A stretch of DNA of 64,000 bases, taken from positions 17,353 to 81,352 of the forward strand of contig CAJXMG010000002.1 in the NCBI GenBank assembly GCA_913056395.1. The letters run 5' to 3'. The stretch's first letter is position 1. Each line of letters begins with the position of its first letter. The notes under the pieces are model-generated. The model was not told the origin of the DNA. It made no database searches and saw only the letters and a list, made by a program, of their open reading frames with translations. The position numbers and the translations under genes were made by a program. This stretch comes from an uncultured bacterium. GTDB taxonomy: Bacteria > Planctomycetota > UBA8108 > UBA1146. Below, piece after piece: positions 57,348 through 64,000 of this stretch.

Positions 57348-59291
57348 TCACTCCCACCCAAGAAGCAAAATCAACATGCGCATGGCGGCAGCCATACCCC
57401 ACGCCAGGAGGCTCATCCATGTCAACTGAAGGATCGCCCACTTCCATGCCCCAGACTCCTTGCGAGTAACCGCAAGTGTGGGAAGGCACTGCATCGCCAG
57501 CACGAAAAAGACCAACAATCCAGCAGCCGAAGAGGGTGTCAGAAGAGGAGAACCATCATCCCGTCTGGAGTTTCTGATCTTCTCCATCAATGGTTCCGCT
57601 TCTGCCTCTTCGCCGGTTCCCAAAAGAACACTGGTTGAGGACACAAAAACTTCTCTGGCGGCAAAACTGGCCATGATCGAAATCGACAATTGCCAATCGG
57701 CTCCTATGGGTGCAAACACCGGCTCCACACTCTTGCCGATTCGACCCAGGTAAGACGCGGCGGTACTCTCTCGGGAAGCGAGGGAATCCGCCTCCTCGAC
57801 GAGAGATTCCGCTTCCTCCACAGATTCCACTGCTGCAGCTTTGGCTCGCAAATCGGCGACAGCAGAACTCTCTGTGCTCTTGGGATAGGTTCCCAACCAC
57901 CAGAGAACGATGCACATCAGCAAAATGACGGTTCCCGCATTTTTGAGGAAGAGCCAACCACGCTGGAAGGCGATTTTCAGGGAGTCCATCAATGACGGTC
58001 GCTGAAAGGGAGGCATCTCGAGAACCAGGTCAGGACTGGGCCCGGGCAACAGGAAACGCCGAACTATCCAGGCGCTGAAGACCGCTGCCAATGCTCCCAG
58101 CAGGTAACACCCGGCAAAAGCCAATCCGGCAATGAAGGGTTTTTCAGGAAAGAGCAACCCTACCAGCAGCTGGTATACCGGCAATCTGGCTGCACAAGAG
58201 AGGAATGGAGCAACCAGAATCGCTGCCAGACGATCCTTGCGATCCGGAATCAAACGCGTGCACAGAATTCCTGGAATGGCACAGGCGTGACTCGACAGCA
58301 AGGGAACGAAGGAATGCCCTGGCAGGCCGAATGGTCGCAGCCAACGATCCGCAACCAAAGCTGCACGGGCCAAATACCCAGTTTCCTCCAAAACACTGAT
58401 GAGGAAAAACAACAGCAAAATCTGAGGCAGGAAAATCAGCGTACCTGAGACGCCACCGATGATTCCCTCGACGACGAGACTTCGGACCTCGCCTTCCGGC
58501 ATGCTTGCGGAGACCCAATCCGCGATCAAAGCAAAGGTATTGTCGAGCCATTCCATGGGAATCTGGGCCAACCAGAAAACACATCCAAAAAGCAGGCTCA
58601 TGATGAGGAAAAAGGTCGTCAGCCCCCAGAAGGGATGAAGCAGGAACCGATCGAGGCGATCCTCTTTCTCTCTTCGCTTTTTGGCTTCCTCCGGTCGAAC
58701 GGGGCGTGTCACCGCTGCGACCGTATCGTCGACCCACTTCGAGTCGAGAACCGTATCCTGAGGACTCACGGGCCGCTCTGCCGCTGCCAGAATAAATTCC
58801 TTGAGGGCTACATTTCGGTGTGCATGACGATGAGCCAATTCCATGACCGGGACCTGAAGAATCTCTTCCAATCGCTGGAAGTCGATCTCCACACCCCGGA
58901 GCCGTGCTTCATCGGTTCGGGTCACAATGACCGCATTTGCAGTCCCTCTTTGCAGGCACTCCGCCAACAGGTTCATGTTTCTGCGCAGGCTGACCGCATC
59001 GATCACACTGACGATCAAGTCGGGATTTGGGGAAGCCTCCAAATGTTGTTGGCAATGACGGGATTCGGGAAGGTCCAGTTGCAACCCGTAACACCCGGGG
59101 AGATCGGTGACCTCCACATCGATGTCTCCCCAACGATCCTCACCCACCAGCGATTCCGCAGTGATTCCGGGAAAGTTGGAGACTCTGGCATTCCCCGTCA
59201 CAAGGGCATTGAAGAGGGTGGATTTTCCAACGTTGGGATTTCCGGTGACAGAAATGCGGAGTGTTTTCCCGGATTGTTCTTGGTTCATCAC
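57348..59291 (-). CDS. feoB: Ferrous iron transporter FeoB
   Basis: GNPNVGKSTLFNAL, NFPGIT, DLPG, ETGYLARAA, PFLSCAARLPVY, FAAREVFVS and QCLPTLAV. Confidence 0.93.
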   Translation of the reverse strand: MMNQEQSGKTLRISVTGNPNVGKSTLFNALVTGNARVSNFPGITAESLVGEDRWGDIDVEVTDLPGCYGLQLDLPESRHCQQHLEASPNPDLIVSVIDAVSLRRNMNLLAECLQRGTANAVIVTRTDEARLRGVEIDFQRLEEILQVPVMELAHRHAHRNVALKEFILAAAERPVSPQDTVLDSKWVDDTVAAVTRPVRPEEAKKRREKEDRLDRFLLHPFWGLTTFFLIMSLLFGCVFWLAQIPMEWLDNTFALIADWVSASMPEGEVRSLVVEGIIGGVSGTLIFLPQILLLFFLISVLEETGYLARAALVADRWLRPFGLPGHSFVPLLSSHACAIPGILCTRLIPDRKDRLAAILVAPFLSCAARLPVYQLLVGLLFPEKPFIAGLAFAGCYLLGALAAVFSAWIVRRFLLPGPSPDLVLEMPPFQRPSLMDSLKIAFQRGWLFLKNAGTVILLMCIVLWWLGTYPKSTESSAVADLRAKAAAVESVEEAESLVEEADSLASRESTAASYLGRIGKSVEPVFAPIGADWQLSISIMASFAAREVFVSSTSVLLGTGEEAEAEPLMEKIRNSRRDDGSPLLTPSSAAGLLVFFVLAMQCLPTLAVTRKESGAWKWAILQLTWMSLLAWGMAAAMRMLILLLGWE

Positions 59292-59334
59292 TTACGCCCC
59301 CTGAAAAAGCACTGCCCAATCAGCCAGAAAAGTC

Positions 59335-60951
59335 TCAGCGCTGATGACGCCCGACAAAACGTGGCTGGCTCTCACCCTCAACCAGAATCACTGCAGAAGC
59401 ATTCGGGCAGTTATCCAGAATCGTTCGTGCTCTCTCTTGTCCGAGAAGAGCGACAGTGGTGCTCAAGGCATCCGCCTCGGTGGCACTGTTCGAAAGAACC
59501 GAAGTGGTCAGGATACGTCCCGGTGAAGGATTGTCGAGAAGTTGCACTAGGTGATCCCCGCGTTCATAGCACGCAGTGGTCGCCAGTGAGGAGCGAATCA
59601 GTGACAGCTCATGGAGGACAGACTTGCCATCCCTGGGGTCATGGATTCCCACAGCCCAGGATTTTTCACCGGGGGGCGGATCGAGTGCCAAAAGTTGGCC
59701 TCCGAAATCGAGAAGAGCACGGGAGCAGCCGTGGGACTCAAGTACGACCGCCGCACGATCGAGGGCATAACCTTTTCCGATTCCACCCAAGTCGAGAATC
59801 AGGCCGGGACTCAACAGGGTGATCGTCCCCTTTTCCCGATCCACCTTGACGCTGCGGAAGCCATCCTTCTTCAGGGTCAGATCAAAGGCTCCCCCACTCT
59901 CTCTGGACATGGCGAGTGCTTTTTCGACGACCTCGACAGTTTCCCGGGCAACCTTGACCGGCTCTCCCACAGGTGCCGCTTCTACCCTCAAGACGTCGCT
60001 CCCCGCTTTCCAGCGGCTGTGCAGCGATTCCAGGCGCTCTACTTCAGAATAGGCGGCTTCCACAGCCTTGAGTGCCTGCTCTCCGTAGACCTCCATCTTG
60101 AGGACGGTCCCCATGGCGGGACGAGCCCTCTCGACGGAAGCCGGTTTGTCTTCCTTACCTGATCGGAGTACAGAAACGTCCTCAGGGCCCGCAGCGGTCA
60201 CCGGTTCCGCGGAGGCGGGTTCACCGTATGCCAGAGAGGAGCCGGAAAGAGCCTGCCAAACCAGATCCAGATTCTGTTTCTGCGAAACTTCAACGGTCGC
60301 GATCGATCGTCGCACTGCACGAACAGCTGCACGGGCAGAAAGAGTGGCACCGGAGAGGTTTCTGATTCCGCGGTGGAGCTTCAGCGACTTGCCCAGTTTT
60401 TTATTCCTGAACTGCCGGGTGAATCGGGGAGATTCAATCTCCTGACCGATGTGCTCCCGGTAAACGAGAACCTGAAGGTCAAGGACGCGCCGATCATTGT
60501 CGAGGGCGACAAAGAAAGTGATGGGACGATACTTCCCGACCTCATCGAGGATCACCACAGATCCCAGTCTGTTACCTTGGGGAGAGGTGACCCGAAACAG
60601 AGTGGTCTGTTGGTCATTGGTTCTCACCCTGCTCATCTCAACGATCTTCTTCTTCACTTCCCCTTCGACCGGAACATGGCATCGCTCTACGTGCACATCT
60701 GCACTCCACAGATCAGCAATCAGATCCCTGCTGAAGAAGCCGGAAGTCTTTTCGGGAAGCGTTGTCTCAGTCGACACACCTGTCTCGGAAGAGACGGATT
60801 CAGATGCACCTGGCTCAAGAGCCAGTGCCTGGGAAGAAACGGTCATGACCCACAGCAAACCCGCAACCAACCCGCAGTAACGGAAGCAGACCCGCGACTC
60901 GCGGATCCCTTCGGAATGCGTGCTGAAATCACTGCAGGAAACAGGGCTCAT
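59335..60951 (-). CDS. apbE: Fusion of FMN-binding (flavinylation target) domain and ApbE flavin transferase
   Basis: N-half: GKYRPITF...VLVYREHIGQEI...LSGATLS ([S/T]GA[S/T] motif). C-half: AMGT, GAFDLT, LDLGGIGKGY, DFGGQ and ADALST. Start ATG 60951 inferred. Confidence 0.85.
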   Translation of the reverse strand: MSPVSCSDFSTHSEGIRESRVCFRYCGLVAGLLWVMTVSSQALALEPGASESVSSETGVSTETTLPEKTSGFFSRDLIADLWSADVHVERCHVPVEGEVKKKIVEMSRVRTNDQQTTLFRVTSPQGNRLGSVVILDEVGKYRPITFFVALDNDRRVLDLQVLVYREHIGQEIESPRFTRQFRNKKLGKSLKLHRGIRNLSGATLSARAAVRAVRRSIATVEVSQKQNLDLVWQALSGSSLAYGEPASAEPVTAAGPEDVSVLRSGKEDKPASVERARPAMGTVLKMEVYGEQALKAVEAAYSEVERLESLHSRWKAGSDVLRVEAAPVGEPVKVARETVEVVEKALAMSRESGGAFDLTLKKDGFRSVKVDREKGTITLLSPGLILDLGGIGKGYALDRAAVVLESHGCSRALLDFGGQLLALDPPPGEKSWAVGIHDPRDGKSVLHELSLIRSSLATTACYERGDHLVQLLDNPSPGRILTTSVLSNSATEADALSTTVALLGQERARTILDNCPNASAVILVEGESQPRFVGRHQR

Positions 60952-61028
60952 CGACTTCTTCCTCTGATTGAAAGGGACGGTTTCGGGACCCAATGACGGA
61001 CCCGCCGAAAATAGAACTGATTTGGTAC

Positions 61029-61046
61029 CGTTTGGCAACCCAAACA
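61029..61046. promoter_or_regulatory. Candidate DtxR/MntR operator (site 2)
   Basis: CGTTTGGCAACCCAAACA, 16/18 identical to site 3 (and to site 1 on the opposite strand); intergenic, upstream of apbE-fusion/feoB. Confidence 0.72.
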
Positions 61047-61169
61047 AATGACTTCTTTCACTGCTTTTGATCAGATTTACCCAAATTCAGCCCTCAGACT
61101 CTCATTGCCCATATTTGGCCATTGATTCCCGGCTCTGGCTTCCGAGAGCCAGAGCCGGAGAAAAATGGC

Positions 61170-62324
61170 CTAGAAGTAGGTCGCAGCGGAGAAGATGAAG
61201 GTTCCGTCGGGATCCGCAGATCCCTCGATCGACTCCTGCTCGTAGTCGAACTTGAGAACCGTCTCGTCCGTCGGCCGCATGTTGAAACCATAGGTCATGC
61301 GGTTCGTCACCGGGCCGGTGAGATCCTGCTCTTCCCAACGGATCGTCACCGCACAAGAGGAATCATCCCCCCACAGGTTGGTGACGAAATCCGGGAAGAA
61401 CTTTTTGGAGACTTCGATGGAGGTTGCGCTGATGTCGTCGGGAACTCCGCCGGCAATCGCCGCTGCGTCGCGGTCGATGGAAACATGACCCATCTCAAAG
61501 TTCAGGATCGTCGCACCCACTGCCTCAACCCAGCTGCCCAGATCTGTCGTGATATCGATGACGGTAATATTCAGATCGAGTTCGCCGGCGTCATCCCATG
61601 GGCCAGTCCAATTCGAGAATCCGATTTCGGTTCCAAGTACCGGGCTGTAGGTAAAACGTCCCACAAAGCTGGCGGGGCGATCCCCCATGTTGGTTTTCAG
61701 GCTGGGACGCCCACTCCGAATACCACTGGAAGTGTTGAAGTTGTATCCCCCCACACCGTCTTCACCCTGGAAACCGTTGACCGCATAGAACTCCATTCCC
61801 CAGGTTCCATCATCCGCTCCCCAGACTCCGCCCAGACCGGCACTGGTCAATGTCGAAGGAACAATCGAACGTGCGACAAAGGGGCGATTCGTCAACTGAC
61901 GCATCGGTGAGTCGTGATAGAGATTGGTCGACCCCAGGGGAATCAGAATCGCTCCGCTTCGCAGGGTCCAACCACCAAAATCCACATCGGCGTAGGCATA
62001 TTCAACTTTGGTTTCACCGTCACCTCTGGGGGCGCTGGCACCTCCATATTCGAATTCGATTTCGGCGGAGAAACTTACATTTTCGCTGATGTTCGCATCC
62101 AGCATCGGAACCAGTCGATGCTGTTTGAAATCGAGACGATCACTGTTCATGAACAACTCAAGATCCAGATATCCACCCAGGCGAATATCCCGATCCCCTT
62201 CTGCGGCGGGGCGATTGTCGTAACGGTCGACCTGTGCTTCGAGAACTCCGAAACTGGACAGAGTCAAAGCCAGTACGCAGACCAGAAGTGTGATTCTGGT
62301 GGAGAACGCAGGATTCAGCGGCAT
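61170..62324 (-). CDS. Outer-membrane beta-barrel (porin-like) protein
   Basis: Signal peptide; IRLGGYLDL, FSAEIEFEYG...KVEYAYAD, alternating beta-strands and C-terminal aromatic signature FIFSAATYF. Confidence 0.8.
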   Translation of the reverse strand: MPLNPAFSTRITLLVCVLALTLSSFGVLEAQVDRYDNRPAAEGDRDIRLGGYLDLELFMNSDRLDFKQHRLVPMLDANISENVSFSAEIEFEYGGASAPRGDGETKVEYAYADVDFGGWTLRSGAILIPLGSTNLYHDSPMRQLTNRPFVARSIVPSTLTSAGLGGVWGADDGTWGMEFYAVNGFQGEDGVGGYNFNTSSGIRSGRPSLKTNMGDRPASFVGRFTYSPVLGTEIGFSNWTGPWDDAGELDLNITVIDITTDLGSWVEAVGATILNFEMGHVSIDRDAAAIAGGVPDDISATSIEVSKKFFPDFVTNLWGDDSSCAVTIRWEEQDLTGPVTNRMTYGFNMRPTDETVLKFDYEQESIEGSADPDGTFIFSAATYF

Positions 62325-62396
62325 ATTTCGTTTCCTCTCTGAGGAGGCACGTAATCGATCATTCGCACCTCGTCTGAAAATCGTACTCTGCCGATG

Positions 62397-62432
62397 GTTA
62401 TAAAATGGCCCCCCTGTTTGGCAAGCCAAACA
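62397..62432 (-). promoter_or_regulatory. Sigma70-type promoter overlapped by candidate DtxR/MntR operator (site 3)
   Basis: Perfect 8-2-8 palindrome TGTTTGGC-AA-GCCAAACA (62415-62432) contains a minus-strand -35 TTGCCA (62424-62419), 16 nt from a -10 TATAAC (62402-62397). Confidence 0.72.
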
Positions 62433-62498
62433 ATTGAAATAGTCGCCAAAATGCCTGTTTTTTGTCAAATTCCCGGAATCCTCCATAGGATGGAATCC

Positions 62499-63671
62499 AT
62501 GAGGGATATCTGGCAAAAACTGATCTCGGGTCAACTCGATTCTCTGCTCCATAAGGCGCAGGACACCCCCCAGGGTGACGTTGCCGCCATCTCACGGTTG
62601 AGGAAACATGGCTCCCTCGAAGAGGTCTCCGTGGTCCTTGAAGCCCTCGAGGCTCGCCGCCGCTCCCGGGGCCGGCTTCGAGATTCCCAAACATGGCTGA
62701 TGGATCGTGAAGGCATGGAGCAAGCCACCCGAACGACCGTCGCCGAACACAAGGCACAGAGAATGCGATCCGCCATCGGCTCGGAAACGGTCATCGACCT
62801 CTGTTGCGGAATCGGCAGTGACACCGCGGCTCTCGCCCAATCCGGACCTGTAATCTACGTCGACCATGATCCGGTGCGCGTCGAATTGACCCGCTTTAAT
62901 CTGGACCAGTCATCGAAGAAGCCCAGTAACTCACACCCTCTCGTTGCGGACGCAAAGTGCCTGCCCCTCCCCCCCCTGCCATTGCATGTCGATCCCGCGC
63001 GCCGCATCGATGGTCGTCGGGTTCACGACTTTGAAGGAATGGTGCCGGGACCTGAGATACTGAACAGTCTGATCGGCAGACATCATTCCGTCGCATTGAA
63101 GTGTGGCCCAGGAATCTCCGTCGAGGAGTTACCGCCCGGTGAGATTGAGTGGCTTCAGGATGGCAACGACCTCGTCGAAGCCACACTCTGGTGTGGAGAC
63201 CTGGCCCAATCGGCCAGACGCAGTGCAACACTTCTGCGCCAATCCCTGACGATCAGCGGTGAACAGGAACCTCTTCAACAAAGCAGCCTGAAAAATCCCG
63301 CCTTTCTGCACGAACCCTGTTCCGTCATCGAGCGCTCCGGATTGGTGTGCATGGTTCAGGGAGAAATCGCCGCTGGTGAATGGCACCCCGGTCTCGGCTG
63401 GCTCGCCGGTGAAGAAGAGAGAACCAGTCCCTGGTTCCGCAGTTTTGCAGTGGTCGCCCAAATGGGGTGGCACGAAAAGAAAGTCGTCGACTGGTTTCGC
63501 CAACAGGGGTGTGCACCTGCAAGTATCAAAACCAGGGGGGTGCAGGAAAATCCCTCACAGTTGATCAAACGCTTCAAGGGAGATCCGGGGCCGTGGATTC
63601 TCGCACTGCTCAGAAGAGGGCTTCAGATTGAAGCCTGCATCCTCGAAGAGCTGAATCCATTGGCAGGGTAA
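62499..63671 (+). CDS. Class I SAM-dependent methyltransferase with THUMP-like C-terminus
   Basis: EQAT...AEHKA, IDLCCGIGSD, DPARR and KCGPG; start at 62499 or 62490. Confidence 0.8.
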   Translation: MRDIWQKLISGQLDSLLHKAQDTPQGDVAAISRLRKHGSLEEVSVVLEALEARRRSRGRLRDSQTWLMDREGMEQATRTTVAEHKAQRMRSAIGSETVIDLCCGIGSDTAALAQSGPVIYVDHDPVRVELTRFNLDQSSKKPSNSHPLVADAKCLPLPPLPLHVDPARRIDGRRVHDFEGMVPGPEILNSLIGRHHSVALKCGPGISVEELPPGEIEWLQDGNDLVEATLWCGDLAQSARRSATLLRQSLTISGEQEPLQQSSLKNPAFLHEPCSVIERSGLVCMVQGEIAAGEWHPGLGWLAGEEERTSPWFRSFAVVAQMGWHEKKVVDWFRQQGCAPASIKTRGVQENPSQLIKRFKGDPGPWILALLRRGLQIEACILEELNPLAG

Positions 63672-63674
63672 GTC

Positions 63675-64000
63675 CTAGATACGGAACTCTTCGGGAACCG
63701 AAAAGTTTTCATGGATTTCGTTCTTCCCCGTGAGGGAATCCACCAGCCATTCAGCAGTTTTGGGTCCAATCAGCAGACCCGTTCGGTAATGTCCGGACGC
63801 AATCCACAGAGTGCGTGCTGTGTCGATGGGCCCCATCAGAGGGCCGCCGTGTCTCAGGGATTTGGGGCGAAGGCCTGCCCAATGTCGGACGATCCGGCTT
63901 TCCACTCCGGGACCGAAAAAGGAGGTGGCCGCCTCAATCAGGCGCGCACGCCCGGTGGCGGTTGGCTCCGGCAGAGTCTCTTTTCCTTCACCGGTATCCC
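63675..64000 (-). CDS. FAD-dependent oxidoreductase, glycine oxidase/DAO family (C-terminal part; runs off the right edge)
   Basis: HWAGLRP and ASGHYRTGLLIGP motifs. Confidence 0.75.
   Translation of the reverse strand, partial: DTGEGKETLPEPTATGRARLIEAATSFFGPGVESRIVRHWAGLRPKSLRHGGPLMGPIDTARTLWIASGHYRTGLLIGPKTAEWLVDSLTGKNEIHENFSVPEEFRI

Overview
Gene-dense bacterial window (about 55-60% GC by eye). The 'FIRGD(V/A)xxDG...PFP..G.D' dockerin-like tails and D-C-x-x-(D/N)-x-x-x-D-x-C repeat protein point to an uncultured Planctomycetota lineage (inference). No rRNA, tRNA, CRISPR array, transposase or phage genes were seen. Left to right: the 3' end of an oleABCD olefin-biosynthesis operon coupled to an Sfp-type PPTase; two secreted cohesin-like+dockerin proteins flanking a mitochondrial-type aconitase; housekeeping genes (PAC2-like, UbiA-type prenyltransferase, queG, CPBP protease, rhodanese, SDRs, cvpA, DUF885, miaE); a Mo-bisPGD oxidoreductase with a fused 4Fe-4S/NrfD partner; addBA; and an FG-GAP/Ca-repeat/dockerin surface protein. 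Next is the most striking element, a ~12.3-kb translationally coupled operon of eight secreted amidohydrolase-fold paralogs (nine domains), of which only one keeps a complete metal-ligand set. Then come pdxST, an orphan ketosynthase, a thioredoxin, a NapH-like Fe-S membrane protein and an ABC exporter. The right end is a metal-homeostasis island: DtxR/MntR regulator, ferritin-like protein, feoA, feoB, an FMN-binding/ApbE fusion, an outer-membrane barrel, a His/CP-motif membrane protein, and a TlpA-like protein with an in-frame UGA (UxxC) and a SECIS-like hairpin. Three copies of an 18-bp palindrome (TGTTTGGN-NN-NCCAAAC(A/G)) tie this island together. All family calls come from motif recognition by eye; no database searches were run.
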